A DNA stretch of 64,000 nt. It comes from the human T2T-CHM13v2.0 reference genome, Homo sapiens. The notes below the pieces were generated by a model. That model saw nothing but the letters and a program-made list of their open reading frames with translations, had not been told where the DNA came from and searched no databases. Position 1 is the stretch's first letter, and each line of letters opens with the position of its first letter. Both the position numbers and the translations under genes were made by a program. Positions 28,497 to 42,487 of this stretch are shown here, piece by piece. Location of the stretch: the NCBI RefSeq assembly GCF_009914755.1, contig NC_060934.1. One strand, 5' to 3'.

Positions 28497-29368
28497 CGAT
28501 CATGAGTTTTAGACAGCTCAAACAAACCTAGGCTCAACTCTGTCCTCTCCAAGTTCTAACATGACACCTTGGGGAAACATCTCCTAAAATTAATATAATT
28601 CCCTGAAGAGTAGAAATGATAATACACATTTTATAGGACACAGTGAGATATGAGATATTATATGAAAAGTAGGTAGCAAAGAGTCTGACACACAGTAAGA
28701 GTTCACTATATATCAACTCATACTATTAAGTTGCTTAACCAGTCTGCGTCTCAGTTCCAAAAATAATTGTTAAGAGGAATAAGTGAGGTAAGTATCCAGT
28801 ATAGTGACTGACACACGGGTCACAGTGAACAAATGAGAGCTTCCTTTGCCCTCTGCTCATTCTTTATAACAGTGAAAAACTGGAAATAAGCTAATTGTCA
28901 AGTGGTCAAATAATTCATTGAAATCCACTTGGTATAATAATTATCCATCAACCATGACAAGGACAGTGACAGCATAGAAAAGCTTATACCTTGCAAAGGA
29001 AAAAAAAGCAAAATACAAAATTATAGACTACTCTAAATTACAGCTGTGCAAAATTAATGTACACCAAAGAGGAGTGTAAAATACCAAGGAAAAATGAGAA
29101 GAATGATTTGTCCAGATGATAAGACTATAAGTGAATTGACAAATGTTCATTTCTGCTAATGTCCTAATATAGATTTGATAACTAGCAAATTGTTTTTAAA
29201 TGACAGTTCTGCTGCAAGGTAGCTTCCGTAGACTACTCCGGAAGGCACTGCTCACATACATGAAAATATACATGGTACTCCCTGGAGTTGTACAACCTGG
29301 GGGTGCTATACCCTCGTGTTGTTAAAATAGCAGGACCCCAGGCCAAGAGTATAAAATGATTCCCATAA

Positions 29369-29668
29369 CTTTTTTTTTTTTAAGAGAGAAAAGGTCTCAT
29401 TCTATCACCTAGACTGGAGTGCAGTGGCATGACTGCTCACTGCAGCCTCAAACTCCTGGACTCAAGTGATCCTCCCACCTCAGGCCCCTGAAGAACTGGG
29501 ATTACAGGTGTGTACCACAACATCCAGCCAATTTTTTAAAAAACTTTTCATAGAGATGAGGTCTTACTATGTTGCCCAGGCTGGTCTCAAACTCCTGGCC
29601 TCAAGTGATTCTCTCGCCTTGGCCTCTCAAAGTGCGGGGATTACAGAAGTGAAACATCATGTATGGCT
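29369..29668 (-). mobile_element. Alu (AluJ-like)
   Basis: Reverse-complement Alu, diverged. Confidence 0.9.
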
Positions 29669-31457
29669 GGTGTGATTTTCTAATCACAAAATAGAAATGC
29701 CAGGGCCATGCAGGTGAACTTCTACCCATGGGGAGAAAATAGAAAGCAAACTGGACAAGATTAGGGCTGCTTTATGTGCTCATCTTTGCCTTCAAAGGTT
29801 CATTTTAATGCAATATTAACAAGACTAAATTTACTACGAAAAATGTAAGTGGAAGGCATTGTGGTAGATACAGCGTCTTATGCACAGGCTTCTTGGCTTC
29901 AATGAAGAGGATGATAATCCAGCTGGGAAAATATGAAAATTGATCATTAAAAATCCAAAATTATAAACTGCAGTGTAAGTGACAATTATAATTACCAAAA
30001 TTAATTTATCATTAAATTATAGTTGAAAAATGTGTAACTACAGGCACCATCATCATCTCATGGTAACTGTACGTGAGAATGGTGACCGGGCGCTGTACGA
30101 TGCAGTGGCTCTGCTGTACTGATGGTGCCCAACACTTTCTAGAAAGAGGGGCTTTCCTGCTCATGTCACAGCTCTTTAGGTATGTTGAGGCACTTTTCAC
30201 CCACCAGGAGTGATCAGGAGCTAGGCCATGAGTAAGGTGACTTGACTTTGAAAGGCCAGGAACGGGCTGCTCCCACAGGTCAGGTCATTTCCAACAAAAA
30301 CGACTGCAATCGTCTTCCCTCAGGATGGAGAGTCAGAGAGAGGCAAGAGGAAGGCTCGGTAGGTGGCCTAATTCCTTGGCACTTGTTCCAATCTGTGCCT
30401 CTGTAGTTAACACGGAAAACATGGGACTGCCTAGTCTACTCCTCAGGGGAGAGTGTCCAGAGAAAGGCAGGAATGGTTTGAAACCAAAGAGGGCCCTGGG
30501 GCAAGGATAATTGAGAGAGGAGAAGGAGGGTGATATGTGGCAGCCAGGCCAGGACAGAGGCTGGAAGGGGAGATGTTGGCCAGCACATGGGACCAGGACT
30601 CAGCTCCCCACCTTCTCTCGATGGAGAATGTTTAAAATTTCCCTAAAGTCTCTGTACTTCCCTCTGTAACCTCTAGAGCTTTGAATGGGGAAATGTGGAA
30701 GCTGACAAGTTGAAGATACATCAGGAAAGTCTTTAAACATCCCCAATAAATAACTCCTGGATTCCCAAGGGCAATGAGGAGCTGCTGCAGTTTTCCTGGG
30801 AGGTGAGTGTGAAGAAAGGAATGGCCTGTGGACAGCTGGAGCATGTGCTACCCAGGAGACCACGCCTAAGGTGGCTGTGCAGCTTCTAAGAACATCGGTA
30901 AATACCCTTGTTCCACCCAGACCGAATTCACACCTGCACAACGCTTTTCTCAGGGAATTACTTTATCCTTTGAAGGAGGCTTCCAGAGAATAAGTCAAAG
31001 ACACTATTTTTCTAATTGTCCTTTTTTGTTTGTTAGGGTTCTTCCATCCCCTACTTCAAGCTGAATACAAAAGCTCAATGAACAACAGGCACAAAAGATG
31101 CAGCAGATGGGAAGGAAACAGTGAATCTATTCTTTACAAGCTAAATGTTTTCAAATCTGGAGAATCTGGGCCAAGCACTGCAAAGGGTACTGCAGACCAC
31201 ACTGTTTTCTCATGGGAAATGCTGGCAGATGAGGAAAAGGGCTGATGAAGAAAGGTAAACGTCTGACAAATGGCATGGCTTTAGAGAATGGAGGCCACTC
31301 AGCTGTGTCCTCCACATTCAGGTGAAAAGTTTTTAATGGAAATCTGCTGTATCTTAAGCAGTGCACTAGAAGGTAAAATATCAAGAAGTGATTTGAAAAC
31401 ATACATTACGTTTCGTGCAAACCTTTAGTGGTGCCTACTGAGTACCAGCCACTGCTA

Positions 31458-31820
31458 TTAGGTTGTTGCAAAAGTCATTGTGGTTTTTGCCCTTAAAAAG
31501 CAATGGCAGGCCGGGCACGGTGGCTCACGCCTGTAATCCCAGCATTTTGGGAGGCCGAGGCGGGTGGATCACCTGAGGTCAAGAGTTTGAGGCCAGCCTG
31601 GCCAGCATGGTGAAACCCTCGTGGTGGGTGCCTGTAATCCCAGTTACTCAGGAGGCTGAGGCAGGAGAATTGTTTGAACCCAAGAGGTAGAAGTTGTGGT
31701 CAGCCAAGATCGCACCACTGGACTCTAGCCTGGGTGACAGAGAGGGATTCCATTTACCCCCACCCCCCACAAAATAAAAAAGCAATGGCAAAAACCACAA
31801 TTACTTTTGCCCCAAACTAA
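31458..31820. mobile_element. MADE1 (Hsmar1-derived MITE) split by an Alu
   Basis: TIRs TTAGGTTGTTGCAAAAGTCATTGTGGTTTTTGCC and GGCAAAAACCACAATTACTTTTGCCCCAAACTAA, TA on both flanks. Confidence 0.9.
31509..31776 (+). mobile_element. AluS with internal deletion, inserted in MADE1
   Basis: TSD AAAAAGCAATGGCA at 31495-31508 and 31777-31790; central A-rich linker missing. Confidence 0.92.
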
Positions 31821-33810
31821 TAGATGCTAGGAATGCAAAGATGGGTAACCCACACTCCCTCCCACAGGGAGCTCCATCCTCGAGGGAGACAGACACACGA
31901 TGACTGTCTAACCCAGCAAGAAGAAGGCTAGAACACCACTCAGGAAGTCCCAGAAGAAGGAGAAAGTTACTTGGCCAGTGGGACAAACATTTGACCTGGA
32001 TTCTAAGTAAGAGACAGATGTTTCCACAAAGGGTTCTGGAGAAAACATAGGAGCCAGATGAATAAAGAGCTGACACTGCACCCAGGCCTTGGCCAGATGG
32101 GACCAGTGCGCACATGAAAGCCTCCCTGCCTGATTCTGACGCGCAGCCAGGCTGGGGAACCACTAGGAAAAGTCCAGTGCCTTGTCTGACCTGGGGACAC
32201 AGGGAATAGGAAGGACTTCATGGGGTGCACATCTTTCCAGGCTGGGCCAGTTTCCTTTCATCCCAGAACAAAAAAGTCTCTTCTGAGGAGGGAGATGCAG
32301 AGGATATAACTTACTGAACTTCTAGAGATGGCAGTTCCATTAGGCATGACGGATCCTCAGCAAAGAAAATAGTATCGAATCCTCGGGTGAAAAACCTTTA
32401 AAAATGGCTTCCAAACCTCTTGCCCCTTCCCTCTGGCATTGGGTGAATACAAAAGGGAATGGAAAAGACTGGACGCTGGAAGCAGGCCCAGCCAACTGTT
32501 GCCAGCTTCTCTCACCTGCTCCCACCAGGGGGAAGAAAGGAAGGTACAATGTGGTTCTTTCCCATCCCACCACCAAAGAAGGATTTAAGGATTGACTGGC
32601 AAAGGATGTTTCTCTCTGGGAAGGTAAAACCTATTGCTGTTCACATCTTCCAGTGAACTATTTCAGATTTCACTTCACCTTGCTGAGAACAGCTGATTGA
32701 AATGATAGCTAGCGCCGATTGCACGCTTGTATGCTGTAGGTACTGTACTGAAAATCCTTTGAAGTTGGCACTACTGCCATTTAACAGAACAGGGAATTGT
32801 GGTAAAGAAGTCAAGTAACTTGCCCAAGGCTGAACGAGAGCTAGGAAGCGTGAGGGTTGGAGTCTAACCAGGTGTGTCTGACACCACAGGCCATGCTTTT
32901 CAGTGCTTTGCTAGGGAAAGAAGGTTAACAAGAGAGAAGTCTCTAGAACACACTGAGGCCTTCCGGCTGAAGGCAGAAAGCTATTTTTGAAAGGATGTGG
33001 ACAAAGTGCTTGAAGAAAGTAATCTCTAGTAGATGGAGGGGGATAGGGAATGAAAGGAGGGGCACCCACTCAGCCTTGCCTGGTCAGGCAGCTCCTCCAA
33101 GGCCCAGCCTGCTCAATGCACTCAGGCACCCTGAAGCCCTGTTTGTCAGAGTGACAAACCAGCATGACAGGTCAAGGGCTGCCTTCCCCAGCTATGCCCT
33201 ACGGGTGGCTCTGGGAGTTCTGTGCAAATGCAACTTGAAGAAAAAGAAGCCCTAGGAGGGCTGGGGATTAAGGGAAAAGACTAAAGGACCATTTCTCAGC
33301 CTGGAGATGGCAAGTGATTTCATTATGGCCCTAAATAGGACAAAGCTGACAAAGAAGCAGCCCAGTGGCAGTCCACGACAACGCTGCCTTCCCAGTGTGG
33401 GTGGAAGCCAGGAGGCGATTACTTAAGCTCCGAAACTGAATGTGCTGAGCCCACAGTCCCGCAGGAGGAAGATGACCGGGTAGGTGGGGAAGTTCCTCCT
33501 GCCTCCCAAGGCACTGGCCTTCTCTGCCAGGATGCTGAGTCCGGACAGGACTCCGTCACACTCCAAAACACATGTGAGAAATCAGCTGAGGGCCAGGGCA
33601 GAACCAAAACAGAGAACAAGGAGGTGGTCAGACACCAGGGCGTTAGCATGAAGCAGACCTCAGTTCTTACTGGCTACAAAACTTTGTAGGATTTGCTCAA
33701 CTCTCTCTGAAGTATAGGTGTCCTTTTCTAAAGTGAGAATGACGAAGTAGTTAATACATAGTAAAGCTGAATAAATAATGGTCCCTGATAGTAACAATAA
33801 TAAATCTATA

Positions 33811-36800
33811 CAGTTGGTCCTTAAACAACACAGGTTTGAACTGCACAGGTCCACTCATACATGGATTTTTTTTCAATAAACATTGAAAAATTTGTTGGAG
33901 ATTTGCAACAATTTGAGAAAAACTAACAGACCAACTCTGTAGTCTGGAAATAATAAAAAGTTACTAAAAGGTTAAGTATGTCATGAACGCATAAAATATA
34001 TTTAGATATTGGCCTTTTTTATTTATTACCATAAATATACACAAAGTATAAAAAGTTAACATTTTCAAAACTTAGACACACACTTACAGACCAAACATGG
34101 TGCCATTGACAGTTAAGAGAAATGTAAACAAATGTAAAGATGTGGTATTAAATCATAACTGCATAAAATTAACTAGAGTTTATTGTGTACTACTGTAATA
34201 ATTTTGTAGCCGCCTCCTGTTGCTCAAGTATTGTAAATATCTGCTTAAATTTCTCATGACTCTCCACGTGAGCAGTTTCTCCAGTAAATTGCACATTGCA
34301 GTAAAAAGTGATCTCTTGCAGTTCTCATATGTTTTTCATCATGTTTAGCACGATATCATAAACCTTGAATAACACCATTGGACCCATACAAAGAACTAAT
34401 AGTGATCTGGGAGTGCTCCCAAAAAGCAGAGAAAAGTCCAGACAAGAAAAAGTTGAATTGCTTGATATGTGTCATAGATTGAGGTCTGCAGCTTCAATTA
34501 TCTTCATTTCAAGATAAATGACACATAAAGATGACTGTTAAAAAAAAAGGGAAAGAAAATTTGTGAAGCCATTTGTCATTGCAGCTATGACAGCAAGTGC
34601 CAAAACCTTGCACTTTTTCCGAAATACCTTTTATCTCATATTGAAAATGCAGCTTTTATGTGGGTGCAGGATTGCTCTAATATGATTCTAGACTCTAATA
34701 TTCAAGATAAAGCAAGAATAGATTCTAGACTCTAAGATTCAAGAAAAAGCAAAGTCATTATATGACAACTTAAAGAAAAAAGAAGGTGAAGAATCTAAAG
34801 TTGGAGAATTTAATGCCAATAAAAGATGCTTTGATAATTTTACAAAGAGGTTTGGCTTTTAAAATGCCAATATAGACCAGGCACGGTGGCTTATGTTTGT
34901 AATCCCAGCATTTTGGGAGGCCAAAGTGGGAGGACCTCTTGAGGCCAGGTGTTCGAAACCAGTCTGAAAAACACAGTGAGATCCCCATCTCTATCAAAAA
35001 TTGTTTTAAAAATTAGCCGAGTATGGTTGGCACATGTCTGTAGTCCTAGCTACTTAGAAGGCTGAGGTGAGAAGACTGGTTGAGCCAAGGAGTTTGAGGT
35101 TACAGTGAGCTATAATGGTGCCACTGTACTCCAGCTTGGTGACAGAGCAAGATGCTGTCTCTAAAAAACCAAAAATTAATTAATTTTAAGAATTAAAAAT
35201 TTTAAAAACTTTAAAAATATGTCAAGATAACAGAAGAAGCAGCTCCTGCCAACCAAGAGGCTGCATATAAATTCCTAGAGGAAAATGTATCTGCCTGAAC
35301 AGGTTTTTAATGCAGATGAAAGTGTTCCATTCTAACAAAAAAAATATATATATATATATACCACAAAGGACGTTTATTAGTAAGGAAGAGAAACAAGCAC
35401 CAGGATTTAAGGCAAGAAGGGATAGGCTAACTCTACTGTTCTGTGCAAATGCAGTAGGGTTGATGGTCAGGTCTGCCCTTACCTATAAATCTGCTAATCC
35501 CTGAGCCTTAAAGGGAAAATATAGACATCAGCTGTCAGTCTTTTGGCTGTACAATAAGAAGGACTGGACAATGAGAACTATTTTTCCAGATTGGTTCCAT
35601 TGATGCTTTTTTCCTGAAGTCAGGAAGTGCTTTGCCAGTAAGGGACTGCCTTTCAAAGTTCTTTTGATATAGGAAAATGCCTCTGGCCACCCAGAACCCC
35701 ATGAATTCAATACCAAAGGCATCGAAGTGGTCTACTTGCCCCCAAACACATCTTTAATTCAGTCTCTAAATCAGGAGGTCATAAGGACCTTTAAGGCTCA
35801 TTACACACATACACTATGGAAAGGATTGAATTGGAAGAGAACCCCAACAGAGAGAACATCATGAAGGTCTGGAAGAATTACACCACTGAAGATGCCATTG
35901 TTGTTACAGAAAAAGCTGTGAAAGTTATCGAGCCTGAAACAATAAATTCCTGCTGGAGAAAAGTGTATCCAGATGTTGTGCATGACTTCACAGTATCCAT
36001 ATCCATGACTTAGCCAATCAAGGAAATCAAGAAAAAGATTGTGGATATGGCAAAAAGGTGGAGGGTGGGAGCAGGTAAATAGTTTCAATATATGCATCTT
36101 AAATAAAGTCAAGAGCTAATAGACACACCAGAGGAATTAACAGAAGATGATTTGATGGAGACGAGTGCTTCTAAAACAGCACCAGACGATGGGAAAGAAG
36201 ACATGGGAGATGCAGTGCTAGAAAACAAACTGATATTAGACAATTCAGGAGAAGGGTGGCAATTGCAATTATTCAAGACTTCCTTTACAACACTGACGCT
36301 TCTATGACACAGGCACTGAAACTAAAGCAAATGATGGAAGAATTGCTATTCTATAGAAACATTTCTAGGGAAATGAAAAAAGGACAGAAATTACAATGTA
36401 TTTTCATAAAGTTACCCTGAATGTGCCCACTTCTCCTGTCTCCCCTTCCACTTCCTCCCCCTCTTCCACCTCTGCTACTCCTACAACAGCAAGACCAACT
36501 CCTCCTCTTCCTCCTCTTCCTTAGCCTGTTCCAACATAAGAATGAAGACCTTTATGATGATCCACTTCCACTTAATGAATAGTAAATACATTTTCTTTTC
36601 CTTATGATTTCCTTATAACATTTTCTTTTCTCTAGCTTACTTATTGTATATATGGAATATAATACATATAACATATAAAATATTTGTTAATTGGCTATGT
36701 ACGTTACAGGTAAGCCCTCTGGTCAACAGTAGGCTATTAGTTAAATTTTGGGGAATGCAAAAGTTATATGCAGTTTTCAATAACTCTGGGGGACAGCACC

Positions 36801-36831
36801 CCTAACCCCCATGTTGTTAAAGAGTTAACTG
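33811..36831 (+). mobile_element. Full-length Tigger2 (pogo-like DNA transposon) with decayed transposase
   Basis: TIRs CAGTTGGTCCTTAAACAACA and TGTTGTTAAAGAGTTAACTG, TA flanks. Transposase remnant PQRTFISKEEKQAPGFKARRDRLTLLFCANAVG. About 2.7 kb after removing the inserted Alu. Confidence 0.9.
34874..35190 (+). mobile_element. AluJ-like element inserted in Tigger2
   Basis: Diverged Alu dimer. Confidence 0.9.
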
Positions 36832-38197
36832 TAAATGTAATAAAATATTATTAGAACATAACCACTATGAAGAAGGATAGAGTGAAGTGGCATTCTTTGG
36901 CCCAGGTAATATAATCATAGTAACAGCAAGCGCATACTAAGTGTTGACAATGTGACAGGCACCATGCTAAGCACTTAAGCACTTTACACGCATTATCTCA
37001 GATAAGTCACCTAACAGCTCTCTGAGTTGCTGTAGTAGGCACAAGCAGGACATCTAGCAGATGCAGGACATCTAAGTCAGATACTTTCCACTTTCCACAG
37101 TGTGACTTTATCAGGGACATCATAGCTGTTCTCTAGCCTGAGAAGAGGGCCAAGTGGGCAGAGACAGTCACGGGCTGTGTGACTCCTGCCTTCACTACCC
37201 ATCAGCTGCTTTATCTTGGGCAAGTTAATTAACCCTATAAACCTTGGTTTCCTCATCTGTAAAACAGGAGGTAATAGGAGTTCTTACACCCTAGAATTGT
37301 ATGAGAGTTCACCTGATGATTCACACAGGGCACAGCGCTTGGCCTGTCCACAGGATGCATTCAGGAGTCATGTGGCCTTTGCCACTGTGCAGTCCACTGC
37401 ACTCACACTTCACTGTCACCCTGCTGGGGAGCAGGTGACCTGCAGGAGTGAACACAACAAGAGCACCCTGCATCACAGAGCAGGGAAGAAAACCGTTCCA
37501 TGCCTCAGAATGCTGTTTTCCCCAAAACCAGCAATAATCACTCTGATCACCAGGCAACACGAAGGCAGTAATGTGGTCTGTCTTGTTCACTGCAGAACGT
37601 TCCAGGACATTATCATAATTAGAGTTTTCCACGCACCCAGGATGGTGCTGGGCCATTTACATCATTCTTCCTCCTTTGGGGCCTCTGAGGCTTAGAGAGA
37701 CTAAATCATTTGCCCTAGGACACACAATTAGTATACGATGCAGCTGGGAATCAAACCCAGGTCATGTGACAAATGTGCCCATCATCTCCATGCCAAATTG
37801 CCTGTCTTCCCTGCCCCTCTCTGCCACCACGGCCTGTCCTCAGACAGCTTTGCAGCACAGCAACTTGAGTTCCAGAGCTTCACAGTTGAGCGAATTTTGG
37901 GAAATTATCCAGCTCTCATCCAAAATTCTCCCTCAACAGAAGGAGCAGAGGGTCCACAGAAGAAAGCACCTGCAGGGGACACAGGGCTAGAAATGACACA
38001 GTGCTTGTCACCTGACCCCCAGACATAGTTCTATGACATTTCTTACTTTTCTTACTTCTGTCCATTGTAAACAAATGCATCTTCCTCCTGTCCACACAGT
38101 TTAGAATACATCCCTGTCATGGAGGGCTTAATCCTGAAGAAGTCAATATCAGAGACCACCATCAAATCCATGTTGACATTTCAAAATTAAAAACAGA

Positions 38198-38320
38198 GGC
38201 TGGGCACCATGGTTCATGCCTGTTATCCCAGCCCTTTGGGAGGCTGAGGGAGGATCATTTGAAGCTGTAGTAAGCTATGATTGTACCACTGCATTCTAGC
38301 CTGGGAGACACGGTGAGACT
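38198..38320 (+). mobile_element. Alu monomer/deleted Alu (FLAM-like)
   Basis: ggctgggcaccatggttcatgcctg...cctgggagac. Confidence 0.75.
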
Positions 38321-41300
38321 TTTAAAATATTTATGTATTTATTCATTAATATTTTAAATAAATAAATGTTGTAAAAGAAATTGTATCACCTGCACTTACT
38401 ATACTGCATATATTTCACAGGCCTTATCAAATTTTCATAACAGCCTACGAAGTAGCCAGTATTATTCTTCCTGTTTAATAATTGAATAAGTCAAAACTTC
38501 AAGAGGTAAAGAAAATTGCCAAGGTCACACAGCCAGTTAAATAGTAGAGCCAGAACTTACACCCATGACTGGTGGCTCTTCACATGCTCAGCTTAATCAT
38601 GAGGCAATACAGCTTCAAGTTTTACCCACCACAGGAAGCATTTAAGTTGTGTTCGTGGACTCCTAGGAACCCAGGAGTAGGAAATCCTTCATGCAGTGTG
38701 CCCTTGAGCAGGGGACACTATTAAATCACAATGTCACAGGAGGGCTGCAGGAGCATGCTTGGGTAGACTGCAGCCTGGAGCTAAAGCAATTTACCAAGTA
38801 AAGAGAATCAGAAAAGTCTTCATCCCCGCAGAGTCTGGTGGGGATGACAGAGGTCACACACATCATCACCTACATAATAATATATTGTTTATTGTCTTAA
38901 TTGCGATGGAGAAAAACACAGAGGACTATAAGAATATGTAGCCAGGGGCCTGACCTGGTGTGAGAGGCTGAGGAAATCCTCCCTGAAGATGTGAAAATTA
39001 GGTTGAGAACAGAGGACAGGTCAGAGCGGTTAACCAGGAGGAAGAGGAGGGAAGGGGACAGGGCAGAGCACTATCTTCCTTTCCACTTGGCTTTCTGCTC
39101 TGATCCCAACCTGGGTCTATGAGATAAGCTGTACAGCTGACCTCACTTATGCTGCTCCATTAGGCAAAGGTTCTGAATGCAATCCCCTACCCAATGCGCC
39201 ATCAGAGTGCTACATGAGCCTGAGCTCAGCCCAAGTCACCAAGCTCAGGCATTGATTAATGAAACCATGTCTGTTCGGCACCACCAGGGGTGAGGAATTA
39301 CATCCCAGATTACCAAGGCCTATGTGTAGCCCGTTAGAGCACTGCAGTGATTCAAAAAATAGTTTCTTTAGAAGTGAAGGATTTTTCTATAAGGAAAGAA
39401 AAATCTAGAAATCAACCAGAATTCTAAAATAAACAATCAAAGCAAAATACAAGCTGATGGTCTCCTTCTAAAGACTTAACTCACAAGCCACGCTGTGAAT
39501 TTTCAGCTATGACTCTAATAGCTCAATGGACAACCCCTGGGGAATCTTTGCTGAGGCCACAGTTGAAAAGCCTGTTTCTGCATGCTGAAGGCAGTCATTC
39601 CAGGCTTTCACAGTCTAGAGTGCCACTTCACCCACTCGGCAATCAGATGCATAACTTTCAGATACAAATGTGCCACTCTTGGTGTGTGTATATATATATA
39701 AAATATATATTGTGCCTATCATGGCATCAACTTGGTTAATATTTATTATGTAAGGCCACATTCTCCAGTTCAAAGATCACTGAATCTGTAGTCAGACAGG
39801 TCAGGACATGACCCTCTGCCCTGAGACAAATTCATTTCCCTATTTGAACCTGGCTGTCTTATCCAACAAAATGAGGATGTTAGTCTAGAACACAGGTTGC
39901 CAAAACCAAGAATTCTACCTTGGAATCCACCAGTGAAGTGTGTTTAAAAAAAAACAAAAATCCCTAGCCCAGGCAGGAATCTGAGATCCCTCCAGTGCTA
40001 ACTCCCCATGACTTTCTGAAATAAGGCTGAGCAGATGAAAACAGAGCCACTTCCCTATGAAGTGTAATTTCTGAATTTCAATTCCCTTCAGGAGCAAAGC
40101 GTTGCTCAACACTTCCTAAGAAGGTTGCTTAATGGTGGGAAACAGCATGCACATACTGCACGAGTAGCCAAGGGCTACTACTGTGCAGAATGGAGGTGAA
40201 AGGTACAAATACCAGCTGGACAGAATATTTAAGGAACAGTGTGTATCTTCATTTCTGAGACCCCTAAAGATTGCTGAATGGCAATTTCACATCATTATAG
40301 CTAAGCTTTAAGAAACTTAATCCTGCAAAACCACATAGGATGAATGAGAACAGGAAGCCTGGCAGAGAAAAGAGCAGTTAGGTAAAGCCTTTAAGCAAAC
40401 ATGAGCAGAGAAGCCATGTGGCCAAGCCCTGTGTTCATAAAAAAAACCTGATCTCCAAGTGAGGCTACACAGTCAGTCAAAGAGGCCCATGGCAACAGGA
40501 CTGAAAGATGCTCACCATTCAGCTGTAGACTCAGGTTCCACAAGGAATGTGGTACCAAAAAATGAATAATGTTTTAATACATTTTGTAATTACTTGTAAA
40601 TAGTATGAATGTATAGCAGTATTTTTGTGTGTATTAAAAGCATTAATTTCTTAAACTATATAAGCAAACTGAATTTCCATAATCCTGTCTTGAAATTCTT
40701 TCTTTCTGTTAGTATACGAGGAGCCTTGAAAATGGAAATGGCTCAAGACTCTCTCAGCTGCTGAGCTTATTTCAGGCGCCCAGTTAAGTGGTAACAAGAG
40801 CCTAATGTAGGCTGGTGGTCAGGGAAACAGAAGAAAAAGATGAACTGAAGCAATTTAACGTGGGTGGCCTAGAGAGGACCCGTGGTCAAGAATGATTCTG
40901 CAGATTCCAGGCTAGGTCATTAGGAGGATGTTGGTGCTATTAATAATAGAGGAGGAAGTCAGGAGGGGAAGTGGGATGCATGAGAAGAGGACGCGTTTCA
41001 CTTTGGGTGTGAAAGGCCTTCTCCATTCTTTTTATCTATTTGCCTTTAAACACTGGAAATAACACCAGTGGCAACAACCTTGCTCTTGAATAGGAGTGAA
41101 GGACAGTAAAGAGCCTCTGTCCATGCTCTGTTTTAGAATGTGGAAATGCAAACCATCAGGAAAGCGCCTATGCAGTTCTTAGGAAAATCACAATTCCTTT
41201 AGAGAACTGAGTTGTTCACTGTAGACTTCCTTGAAGACTCCCCACTGAGGTTAGCTCATAGCAGGTATGACATACACATCAGTGATCCCCTACAGGGAGG

Positions 41301-42373
41301 GCCTCTCAGAATAGAGAAAGAACATGAGGACCAAATGCTATGAACAGATTTAGCTTAGAGTAAATACTTTCAGTCTATATTCCCCCATTCTAAAGACCTA
41401 GACTCTCCACTCTCCCAATCCCCAACCCTCTTGCCAAAAATAAAATAAAGTATATATAATATATCCCACAGAGGTTAAAAAAAAAAAGAAAAAACAAAGC
41501 ACACAAGAAGTCAGGGGCAAACCCAGGTGTAGCACCAAGGTCCCCTAAGTCTCCTTTCTATTACCTGGGAGCATATCAAGACTCATGCTCACTTTCTTCA
41601 TATTCCAGGGCACTGCACCTTCCCCTGCAACAGTGTGATACACACAGGTAGGGCATGTGACTCTGAGTGTTTTAACCACTGTATGGAGAGAGAAGTCTGA
41701 AGCTGGATATAGGAGGAGAGCTCTCAGCAAGTTTTACTGAGATGCTTACCATCATTTAACAGTGATTCACGTTACTAATTAATCAACTATAATTTTAAGA
41801 AAAATAATATAAAGCATTTTTCTTTATACAGTGTCTGAAATCAGTATACAGGGGTTATTCTTTGGGGGAAAAAAAAGGAAGGAAACCAAGATCATATGCT
41901 CGCTCTAGCATAAAATATATGTTTTGAGTGTTTTGAGCACAGGAAAAACTAAAAGCTCTCACTATAACTCATCACTCATTTTATAACATATTTATAAAAA
42001 GGAAGCTTAATGGCATATATCTGTAAAGCATAAAAATCTCAAGAGTTAGAAATCAAATTTCAAAAAAAATGGTTGTCGTGGCCACCTAAACATTATTAAA
42101 ATCTTATTACAGCTAGAACACATGGAAGAAAAAAGTTAAACTAGGATAAATTAAGAAAAAACAAAGCAAATAATAATACAATGCTCACATTAACACAAAG
42201 GGTGTTTAAGTTTGCTTTGAATAACAATTTGGGCAGGAATTGAGGCAAAGGTGGCTCTTTTGCCCGTATAACACTTAAATTGAAGAATAAATAGCTATCT
42301 AACTACCTTAATCTAAACCTTAATTTCCCCAAGAAAAGTCTCCAGAAACAAAAAAATGTTAGAGAATAAGCTA

Positions 42374-42487
<114 letters not shown>

